Assembly (NCBI RefSeq): GCF_009557235.1
Contig: NZ_CP045650.1
Coordinates: 2,580,001 to 2,612,000, forward strand
Length of the DNA stretch: 32,000 nucleotides
DNA from: Acinetobacter wanghuae
GTDB taxonomy: Bacteria > Pseudomonadota > Gammaproteobacteria > Pseudomonadales > Moraxellaceae
Direction of reading: 5' to 3'
The notes under the pieces were generated by a model. It worked only from the letters and a program-made list of their open reading frames with translations, searched no databases and was not told the origin of the DNA. Positions 1-7,507 of the stretch are shown piece by piece. Within the stretch, counting starts at the first letter, position 1; each line of letters starts with the position of its first letter. Position numbers and translations under genes: made by a program.

Positions 1-656
1 GCACCGCCACGTTGATAGAGAATGATCCCGATCAGAATGACAAAGACTGAAATCGCAAAAATGAGGAACGATAATGGCACTTGGCGAGGCACGTATACAA
101 AAATATTTGCTAAATCTTGAATCAGCCATTGGCTCCACAGAAATGCTGTCGATACCCATTGCAAACCGACCCAAACTTTAGAAGATGGCTCATGTCGAGT
201 ACGCGCAAAGTATTGCGATACTTTGCCCATAACAAAACGATAGATTACGATAGCAACAATGAACGCAACGGCGTAACCCATCATTGATTTCACCATCATC
301 GAGCCTAAGCTACTTGGTGAAAAAATGGTGAGTACAAGGAATGTTGTACTGACAGGAATGCCATATTTGGTCAATAAAATCAGTAGAACTGGCGGCACAA
401 TATATAGCCAAGTGACCCCACCTTCTGGAAATGGAATCGTTTCCAAACGTCCATAAGATGCATCACCTACGCCAGAGGCGTACCAACCATAGACCAATAC
501 CACCATCAAAATCGTGCTGATATAGATCCATAAGATCCACCACGGGCGATGTGCATTCGATGAGATAAATGTACCGAGTGTCTGTGGTACATCATTTCCG
601 ACGATAGAATAAGCTGCTAAACAGAAGCCTACTACCATCAAGATTTCGATTGTCAT
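1..656 (-). CDS. PiT/Pho4-family-like inorganic ion transporter membrane protein, N-terminal part (3' end lies outside the window)
   Basis: Absent from the supplied ORF track because it is open at the window edge. My translation from the ATG at 656-654 reads MTIEILMVVGFCLAAYSIVGNDVPQTLGTFISS...KYGIPVSTTFLVL... and stays open to position 1. An AAGG Shine-Dalgarno lies about 8 nt upstream. The GxND..GT and PVSTT motifs resemble PiT-family signatures, and there are several hydrophobic helices. Confidence 0.6.
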   Translation of the reverse strand, partial: MTIEILMVVGFCLAAYSIVGNDVPQTLGTFISSNAHRPWWILWIYISTILMVVLVYGWYASGVGDASYGRLETIPFPEGGVTWLYIVPPVLLILLTKYGIPVSTTFLVLTIFSPSSLGSMMVKSMMGYAVAFIVAIVIYRFVMGKVSQYFARTRHEPSSKVWVGLQWVSTAFLWSQWLIQDLANIFVYVPRQVPLSFLIFAISVFVILIGIILYQRGG

Positions 657-771
657 AAAAACAAACCTTGCGAAGAATTTTATCCAACACAGCACCGTTG
701 GAATTTTGCTCAAGATTATGACGGTTTTATTTCACTTTCGTGACAATCTGGTCATAAATTTTGTAGCACGA

Positions 772-797
772 TATAAAAAAGAGCACCGAGGTGCTCT
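772..797 (-). terminator. Rho-independent terminator-like hairpin in minus sense, with no annotated gene feeding into it
   Basis: In minus sense the sequence reads GAGCAC-CUCG-GUGCUC (781-796) followed by UUUUUUAU. It lies about 120 nt upstream of the PiT-like start codon. Confidence 0.6.
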
Positions 798-1224
798 TTA
801 GAATGGGTGAAGTATAACGCTTATTTGAGTCGAATTTCATCCGTCCGTGCGACTCCGCTCACTTCGCTAGCAGTTCCGTGCTGATCAGTATTATTTCAAA
901 TTCATTAAATAATATAAAAACAAAGACTTTTATCTGTTGAACGCGATGCTCAACCTGATATTTTTAGATATAAAAAGGCATTTAAAACGATAAAATGGCT
1001 AAAATAGCCAACTTATACTGTTTAAGTATTCAGCGAATAAACGATACGAATCTGGTATGCCGCACAATTTAGATATCTTTTTAACTTAAAATTTAAGGTA
1101 TTGAGCTACTGCTAAGACCCAATGTCCTGTCTATTTAAATACCATTGATGCGCCTGTAAATGACAACGATTTAATACAACATCCGCTTTAGATTGCTTTA
1201 AACTGTTCAAAAATAACTTCATTT

Positions 1225-2622
1225 ATGATTATGAATGCAACGCCCAGCCATCAAGCCTTAACCCCTGAATTTAGACTGCTTGTCTTGCTGGTGTCTATCG
1301 GCTTTTTCATGCAGGGTTTGGACAGCACTATTATTAATACGGCATTACCTGCCATTGCGCTTAATTTAGGAGAAGATCCTTTAAGAATGCACAGTGTGGT
1401 GGTGGCTTATGTGCTGTCTGTGGCGGCATGTATTCCCTTAAGTGGTTGGCTCGCTGACCGTTATGGCGTCCGTAATATTTATTTTGCAGCCATTATTATT
1501 TTTGCATTGGCATCATTAGGCTGCGCCTTTTCGCATAACCTCAATGAATTACTCATTTATCGCGTATTACAAGGTTTTGGTGGTGCATTACTGTTACCGG
1601 TCGGTCGCTTAGCCTTACTTAAAATTATTCCCCGCACTCAGTTTTTAGCCGCTATGAGCCTGATGAGTCTCGCCGGTTTAATGGGACCTCTAATTGGTCC
1701 TACCTTAGGTGGCTGGATGGCGGAATACTTATCTTGGCAATGGGTATTTTTTATCAATATTCCAATTGGTATTTTAGGTGCTTTACTGACCTTCAAAGCT
1801 ATGCCTAATGTGACTGAACCCGAAGTAGCTGCTTTTGATTTTGGTGGTTTTATCTTATTGATCTTTGCTATGGTCAGCTTATGTTTGGGTATTGAAAACT
1901 TTGCTAGTCCTCAATATCCAATCTGGTGGAGTCTTGGTCTGATTTTTGTCGGTATTATCAGCTCCTTTATTTATGCCTACCATGCACATACCCATCAAAA
2001 TGCCTTATTCCGCAGCCGCTTATTCAATAATAAGATTTTCACGCTTGGCATCTTGGGCAATTTCTTTGCCCGTTTAGGTGGCAATGCGATGCCCTTCTTA
2101 TTGCCGCTAATGCTGCAAGTGGCTTTTGGCTTCGAACCCTTTATTACAGGGTTATTGATGATTCCAACGGTTTTAGGATCATTAGCATCTAAACCGATTA
2201 TTCGCCCGATCATTCAATATTTTGGCTATCGCCGTGTCTTGGTCGTCAATACGTTATTGGTTGGTATTTGCATTGCCAGTTTTGCACTCACCACAGCCGA
2301 GACACCGATTTGGTTGCGTGCCATTCATTTCTTTGTTTTTGGTATTTTAAATTCCTTGCAATTCGTTTCAATGAACACACTGACCTTAAAAGATTTAACC
2401 CAACAAGATGCCAGCAGTGGAAATAGTTTTTTATCCATGATTATGATGCTGTCTATGAGTATCGGTGTTGCACTAGCAGGTACATTGGTAAATATGTTTA
2501 GTGCATATTTTGGGGCCGATCAATTAGATTTAGCGTTTCATACTGCATTGATGTGTTTAGGATGCATTAATGTGATTGCAGCTTATATTTTCTGGAATAT
2601 CCCTAAAAATGTTTCAGTTTAG
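1225..2622 (+). CDS. mdtD: DHA2-type 14-TMS MFS efflux transporter, MdtD/YegB-like
   Basis: 465-aa ORF. The N-terminal region (GFFMQGLDSTIINTALP...LSGWLADRYGVRNIYF...LQGFGGALLLPVGRL...) aligns closely with my recollection of E. coli MdtD. It is hydrophobic throughout. Confidence 0.8.
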   Translation: MIMNATPSHQALTPEFRLLVLLVSIGFFMQGLDSTIINTALPAIALNLGEDPLRMHSVVVAYVLSVAACIPLSGWLADRYGVRNIYFAAIIIFALASLGCAFSHNLNELLIYRVLQGFGGALLLPVGRLALLKIIPRTQFLAAMSLMSLAGLMGPLIGPTLGGWMAEYLSWQWVFFINIPIGILGALLTFKAMPNVTEPEVAAFDFGGFILLIFAMVSLCLGIENFASPQYPIWWSLGLIFVGIISSFIYAYHAHTHQNALFRSRLFNNKIFTLGILGNFFARLGGNAMPFLLPLMLQVAFGFEPFITGLLMIPTVLGSLASKPIIRPIIQYFGYRRVLVVNTLLVGICIASFALTTAETPIWLRAIHFFVFGILNSLQFVSMNTLTLKDLTQQDASSGNSFLSMIMMLSMSIGVALAGTLVNMFSAYFGADQLDLAFHTALMCLGCINVIAAYIFWNIPKNVSV

Positions 2623-2688
2623 AAGAATGCTAGTGCGATAGCTAAAAATAGGTTTAAGCTCAATACTCCATAAAGATTAGATCAACTT

Positions 2689-3456
2689 ATGACAGCCAAC
2701 AAAAAACACACTTCAAATCTTTGGCCGATTGCATTGAGCACTGGGGTCATTTTTATTGTGTTTTTGCTGCTGTATCTATTTATTTTTAGAGCACCTTCTG
2801 CCAATGCAGCAGACTACCCGATTCAAGGGTTTGATGTCTCGCATCATCAAAAAGAGATTGAATGGAAAAAGATTTCTCCGCAAAAATATCGCTTCGTGTA
2901 TTTAAAGTCGACCGAAGGTGGTGATTTTAAAGATACTAAATTTCAAGAAAACTGGCTCAAAGCGCGTGAACATGGACTATTAGTTGGTGCCTATCATTTT
3001 TACCGTTTATGCCGTGATGGCACGGTTCAAGCCCAAAATTTTATTGAATCTGTACCGAATAAACCTGATACTTTGCCGCCTGTGATTGATTTGGAATATG
3101 ACAGCAATTGCATCAATACCTATTCCAAAGAACAACTTTTAAAAGAAATTCAGGTCATGCACGATGCCTTGAAACAACATTATGGCAAGCAACCGATTTT
3201 CTATACCTCGAAAACTTTTTATAACATCGTATTGGCAGGATCATTTAAAGACGTTCCACTTTGGGTTCGCGAATATAAAGGCTTGCCAGACTTGAAAGAT
3301 CAGCCCAAATGGCACTTTTGGCAACATACCAATCAAGGAAAAATTCAAGGGATCAGCACACCTGTGGACATGAATGTGTTTTATGGTTCAGAGCAAGTAT
3401 GGTTAAAGTTTTTAGAAAAAAATCAGGTGACTTATCACAAGCCACCTATTGATTAA
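2689..3456 (+). CDS. Glycoside hydrolase family 25 muramidase (lysozyme) with an N-terminal membrane anchor or signal sequence
   Basis: GH25 motifs are present: GFDVSHHQ, YLKSTEGGDF, GAYHFY and PPVIDLEYD. The N-terminal hydrophobic segment is LWPIALSTGVIFIVFLLLYLFIF. Confidence 0.85.
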   Translation: MTANKKHTSNLWPIALSTGVIFIVFLLLYLFIFRAPSANAADYPIQGFDVSHHQKEIEWKKISPQKYRFVYLKSTEGGDFKDTKFQENWLKAREHGLLVGAYHFYRLCRDGTVQAQNFIESVPNKPDTLPPVIDLEYDSNCINTYSKEQLLKEIQVMHDALKQHYGKQPIFYTSKTFYNIVLAGSFKDVPLWVREYKGLPDLKDQPKWHFWQHTNQGKIQGISTPVDMNVFYGSEQVWLKFLEKNQVTYHKPPID

Positions 3457-3575
3457 AAAAATCAAAATATCTTGCTTGAATTTCATAAATATCAACGCGA
3501 CATCTTGCTTCGCTTTGTTGAGATAAAGCGATCGCTTCGCCTTCACAAGAGTCAAAAAGCCTTTTAAGATGACGC

Positions 3576-4631
3576 ATGCGCAAAATTATTCATATCGATA
3601 TGGATGCGTTTTACGCCTCCGTAGAGCTGCGTGAACGCCCTGATTTAAAACACTTGCCGGTCGTAATCGCATCCCATCATGCGCGTGCGGTGGTGACGGC
3701 TGCATCTTATCCCGCGCGTAGCTTTGGGTTGCGCTCAGCCATGTCGATGACACAAGCTCGAAAACTATGTCCACAGGTCATTGTAATTGAACCGAATTTC
3801 CAAAAATATCGTGAAGTTTCGGCACAAATTCATCAAGTATTTCGTCAATATACCGATGTGATCGAGCCACTATCACTTGATGAAGCCTACTTAGATGTCA
3901 CTGAAAATTTGCAAAATATTGCCAGTGCCACCGAAGTTGCAATGCGCATTCGTGAGGATATTTTTCAGCTCACAGGTTTGACAGCATCGGCAGGTGTAGC
4001 ACCGAATAAATTTCTAGCCAAAGTGGCTTCAGATTGGCATAAACCCAATGGCATCTGTGTGATTAAACCCACTCAAGTTCAGGCTTTTATCCATGAGCTA
4101 CCATTAAAGAAAATTCCAGGTGTTGGTAGGGTCACCCAAGAAAAATTACAACGTTTAAACTTGGTTACTTTGGGAGATTTGCAGGATGTTGATGAATTCT
4201 TTCTCATTCAACATTTTGGTAAATACGGCAGAAGGCTCTATTTATATGCCCAAGGCATTGATGACCGCCCTGTTGAAGCAGAACGCGAAAGGCAGCAAAT
4301 TTCCAAAGAAACCACTTTTGATGGCAATTTAGTGCTCGCACAATGTCCACCTTATTGGGACAAATTGGTAGAACAAGTTTGGTTTAGCTTAAATCAAAAA
4401 AAACTTACAGCACGCGGTGTGTCAGTCAAACTCAAAATGCCCAATTTTAAAATTCTGCAACACAGTAAAAGCTTTAAAGTGCCTCTACGCTCGGTTCAAG
4501 ATTTACAACAAGTCTTACACAACTTAATCATCGATATGCATATTGATCCGCAGCAATCATTTCGCTTGATTGGTGTTGGAGTGCATTTGCTGAGTCCACC
4601 AGAACCAGAGCAACAACTTTCCTTACTTTAG
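3576..4631 (+). CDS. dinB: DNA polymerase IV (Y-family translesion polymerase)
   Basis: [24 protein letters not shown]..., [10 protein letters not shown], and a [14 protein letters not shown]-type motif. The 351-aa length is typical of DinB. Confidence 0.95.
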   Translation: MRKIIHIDMDAFYASVELRERPDLKHLPVVIASHHARAVVTAASYPARSFGLRSAMSMTQARKLCPQVIVIEPNFQKYREVSAQIHQVFRQYTDVIEPLSLDEAYLDVTENLQNIASATEVAMRIREDIFQLTGLTASAGVAPNKFLAKVASDWHKPNGICVIKPTQVQAFIHELPLKKIPGVGRVTQEKLQRLNLVTLGDLQDVDEFFLIQHFGKYGRRLYLYAQGIDDRPVEAERERQQISKETTFDGNLVLAQCPPYWDKLVEQVWFSLNQKKLTARGVSVKLKMPNFKILQHSKSFKVPLRSVQDLQQVLHNLIIDMHIDPQQSFRLIGVGVHLLSPPEPEQQLSLL

Positions 4632-4852
4632 GTCAATTGATCAAGATATAGGCATGAGTGCAAAAATAGCGCAACTTTGTTTTTACATTTTTAAAATTTA
4701 GAGTAATCTATCCCCCGCAATGCATTATCCATGTATCTGCTGAGCTGCTGAAAATCACCTTTACTTTCAGCATGATGTCCTGTGATTGGCGTGACGACCG
4801 AATCCGAATATTACAGGGCAACTCTGTTGTAACTCATGGAAACTTTTCTTGC

Positions 4853-6148
4853 ATGTCCTCTGCGAATTCTTCTGTTGTTCAAGAACAACGCGCGCGTAAA
4901 GCTGCGCTCTCTAGCTTTGTTGGTGCTGTCGTCGATTGGTATGATTTTCTCCTTTACGGGATTGTCGCAGCCTTAATTTTTAAAGATCAATTTTTCCCAA
5001 GTATTGGCAACAATATGGGCACCCTTGCTGCCCTTGCAACCTTTGGTGTCGGTTTCTTATTTCGCCCGCTAGGCGGTATTGTGTTCGGGCATTTTGGTGA
5101 CAAACTCGGTCGTAAAAAAATGCTCGTTATTACTGTCGTCTTGATGGGCTTATCAACGGTGGGTATTGGTCTATTACCTAATTTTGAAATGATCGGTTGG
5201 TGGGCACCGGTACTATTGGTCACTTTACGTGCATTACAAGGTTTTGCCGTCGGTGGTGAATGGGGCGGTGCTGCACTTATGGCAGTAGAAAATGCGCCTA
5301 AAGGTAAAAAAGCATTTTACTCGAGCGGTGTTCAAGTCGGTTTTGGCGTAGGTTTAGTACTCGCGACTGGCGCTGTATCACTCATTCTTCATTTCTTTGG
5401 TGAAGCCGCTTTCGCGGATTGGGCTTGGCGTATCCCTTTTATTGCCAGTATCGTTTTAATTGCCATTGCAATGTGGATTCGTCACGGTCAGGATGAATCT
5501 CAAGAATTTGTTGAAAAAGTTATCAATTCTGCGCAAAAGCCAGCCAAACTTCCGATCATACAAGCGGTAACCAAGCATCCAAAAGCCTTCTTTTATATTA
5601 TTGCGCTGCGAATGACTGAGCTGTTAACCATGTATTTGGTAACCAATTTTGCTCTCAATTATTCGACCAATCATTTGGGTATGGATAAACAGTTCTTCTT
5701 AAATATTACCCTCATGGTCGGTGCGATCAGTTGTATCAGTATTCCATTTTTTGCTTGGATTTCTGACAAAATTGAGCATAAAACCATGTGTATTTGGGGC
5801 GGTTTAATCGGTGCACTATCCGCATTCCCCTTCTTTATGGCGTTAGATGCACAAAATACATGGATGATTATTGTCGGTGCCATTTTGCTTGCCAATATCG
5901 CACATGATATGGTGGTCAGTGTTCACCAACCTATTTTTACCTCATTGTTCGGCACTGAATATCGCTATAGCGGTGCAGGTGTGGGCTACCAAGTGGCGAG
6001 TATTATTGGTGGTGGCTTTACGCCAATGATCGCAGCATCCTTGGTGATTTGGGCAGATGGTTCATGGCACTATGTTGCTATTTATTTAGCGATTGGTTGT
6101 TTATTAACAGCGGTTGTGGCTGCAATGATGCCAAAAACACAGGATTAA
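4853..6148 (+). CDS. MFS transporter of the metabolite:H+ symporter (MHS) family
   Basis: WYDFLLYG and GHFGDKLGRKKML motifs are typical of ProP/KgtP/ShiA-type MHS transporters. The track ORF starts at 4772, but its first 27 residues are non-hydrophobic and Cys/Arg-rich. I place the start at the ATG at 4853 (MSSANSS...). Confidence 0.85.
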   Translation: MSSANSSVVQEQRARKAALSSFVGAVVDWYDFLLYGIVAALIFKDQFFPSIGNNMGTLAALATFGVGFLFRPLGGIVFGHFGDKLGRKKMLVITVVLMGLSTVGIGLLPNFEMIGWWAPVLLVTLRALQGFAVGGEWGGAALMAVENAPKGKKAFYSSGVQVGFGVGLVLATGAVSLILHFFGEAAFADWAWRIPFIASIVLIAIAMWIRHGQDESQEFVEKVINSAQKPAKLPIIQAVTKHPKAFFYIIALRMTELLTMYLVTNFALNYSTNHLGMDKQFFLNITLMVGAISCISIPFFAWISDKIEHKTMCIWGGLIGALSAFPFFMALDAQNTWMIIVGAILLANIAHDMVVSVHQPIFTSLFGTEYRYSGAGVGYQVASIIGGGFTPMIAASLVIWADGSWHYVAIYLAIGCLLTAVVAAMMPKTQD

Positions 6149-6151
6149 GAA

Positions 6152-6508
6152 ATGACGGTTCAACGTTTGCATGTCTCGAAACGCTTTTCTGAAATTGCGA
6201 TTTCAGGCAATTTAGTCCATCTTGCGGGTCAATTAGCATCGGATCTTGACCTCGATATTCAAGGTCAAACTCAACAAACGTTGGACATCATTGACCAGTT
6301 CCTTGCTGAAGCAGGCACAGATAAAAGCCACATCATGTCAGTGACTATCTATTTAAAAGATATTGAACAAGATTATGCTGCATTCAATGAAGTATGGGAT
6401 GCATGGGTTTTAGATATTCAAGCCCTGCCGCGTACTTGTGTCGAAGCCAAGCTCTATGATCCCAAAGTTTTGGTCGAATTGACGGTTGTTGCAGTTAAAC
6501 CTACATAA
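6152..6508 (+). CDS. RidA/YjgF-family protein (YoaB-like)
   Basis: 118 aa, resembling E. coli YoaB as I recall it (...FNEVWDAWV...). The start lies 3 nt after the transporter stop, which suggests translational coupling. Confidence 0.8.
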   Translation: MTVQRLHVSKRFSEIAISGNLVHLAGQLASDLDLDIQGQTQQTLDIIDQFLAEAGTDKSHIMSVTIYLKDIEQDYAAFNEVWDAWVLDIQALPRTCVEAKLYDPKVLVELTVVAVKPT

Positions 6509-6526
6509 CATTGATCTGAATCAATA

Positions 6527-6558
6527 TAAAAAAAGCATGCACATAGCATGCTTTTTTA
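6527..6558. terminator. Bidirectional rho-independent terminator between convergent genes
   Basis: AAAAAAGCATGC-acata-GCATGCTTTTTT: a perfect stem flanked by an A-run and a T-run. Confidence 0.85.
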
Positions 6559-6561
6559 TTT

Positions 6562-7101
6562 TTAGCTCATGGCTTTAATATTACGACCTGCATATGAACG
6601 CGGTCGTTTCATCTCGTTGACTGAATTCGAGCTTGAATCAATCATTGAAAATGCTTGTTCACCTAAGAAATCCTGCCTTAACTGTTGATATTCTGGCACA
6701 TTGTCATAACGTATCACGCGGTAACCTGCCATCGTCAGTAAAGCATCTTCGTATTGCGATTGCTGTGGACGCTTTAACACTAAAGGATCATCTACAGCGA
6801 CAATCGCAATGATGTGATGCTGTTGGTCTAAAACCACAAAGTCTGCCACTAAGTTACGGTATTTATTACGGGTTCGATAAAATTTCGTTGTCAGCAAGGT
6901 ATCGTAGGACACATGTGCCAATACAGTTTTTTCAGATAGTATTTCTTTTAAGCGCGTATAGGTCAGCTGTTCATTAAAATTAAAAATTGCACGTTGTTTC
7001 AAAATACTGTCTTGTCTTTTTGCGCGATTGCCGAGTTGTCTCCATGCGATGATTAACGCAAAAAAGAGTAACAAACTCCCAATGAGAATATAAATAGCCA
7101 T
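6562..7101 (-). CDS. DUF2726-like protein (restriction-endonuclease-like fold) with an N-terminal transmembrane helix
   Basis: 179 aa. The N-terminus AIYILIGSLLLFFALIIAW is hydrophobic. The core ...NLVADFVVLDQQHHIIAIVAVDD... matches the DUF2726 pattern as I remember it (ADFV..D....VIELDD). Confidence 0.65.
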   Translation of the reverse strand: MAIYILIGSLLLFFALIIAWRQLGNRAKRQDSILKQRAIFNFNEQLTYTRLKEILSEKTVLAHVSYDTLLTTKFYRTRNKYRNLVADFVVLDQQHHIIAIVAVDDPLVLKRPQQSQYEDALLTMAGYRVIRYDNVPEYQQLRQDFLGEQAFSMIDSSSNSVNEMKRPRSYAGRNIKAMS

Positions 7102-7454
7102 GCCATTGTCCTTTGAATTCTTATAGTCATTTTTGTTTTATAAGAATCAGTATAGATCCATTTTTTATAATTGAGGCGTTTAGAACCATTCTTGTAAGAT
7201 ACATATACATGCTGTATCAAAACAACTTAAGTTCGCAACATTTGCTAAAACATCAGCCTATACTGAGTCAAAAGAGATCCTTCTCTCTTGTCTACCTAAA
7301 TCTAAAGCATTTCTCAGACATATCGCAATACTATCCTCTTCATTTGTCGGACAATTCCGATAAACAGTACTTTTCGCATATTTATGTCTTTATTCATCAG
7401 CCTACGTCGCTTCAATAAACATGATCTTGGAATGAACTGACAAAATGAACGCAA

Positions 7455-7481
7455 TAAAAAAGGCACCGAAGTGCCTTTTTG
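7455..7481. terminator. Bidirectional rho-independent terminator downstream of ygiQ
   Basis: AAAAAAGGCAC-cgaa-GTGCCTTTTT. In minus sense this is a UUCG tetraloop hairpin followed by a U-run, 27 nt after the ygiQ stop. Confidence 0.85.
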
Positions 7482-7507
7482 AATATACATCTAGATCACG
7501 TCATACA

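Noticed and set aside
3462-3476. The 15-nt exact repeat TCAAAATATCTTGCT, also at 24115-24129.
   Set aside because: A single AT-rich 15-mer shared by two intergenic regions is close to chance expectation in 32 kb of AT-biased DNA, and there is no extended similarity around it.
4772-4852. N-terminal extensions proposed by the ORF track: 27 codons on the MHS transporter here, 26489-26653 on the lipoprotein, 20102-20146 on the DUF2946 gene, 25355-25369 on btuE, and 9911-9919 on ygiQ.
   Set aside because: The extensions use alternative start codons or run through terminator hairpins. They precede a better-placed ATG or GTG with an SD and a canonical protein N-terminus.
7113-7418. A 101-aa plus-strand ORF in the DUF2726/ygiQ spacer.
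   Set aside because: Its TTG start is 12 nt from the divergent gene start, leaving no room for a promoter. The internal ATG at 7209 has no SD, and the sequence is Ser/Leu/His/Tyr/Gln-rich with no hydrophobic periodicity. The region is kept as a non-coding curiosity (see findings), not as a CDS.
7461-7476. The ygiQ terminator (AGGCACCGAAGTGCCT) and the orphan terminator at 781-796 (GAGCACCGAGGTGCTC) share a GCACCGARGTGC core, which hints at a repeat family.
   Set aside because: There are only two short copies. GC-clamped tetraloop hairpins converge on similar sequences, so this is insufficient to call a REP-like family.
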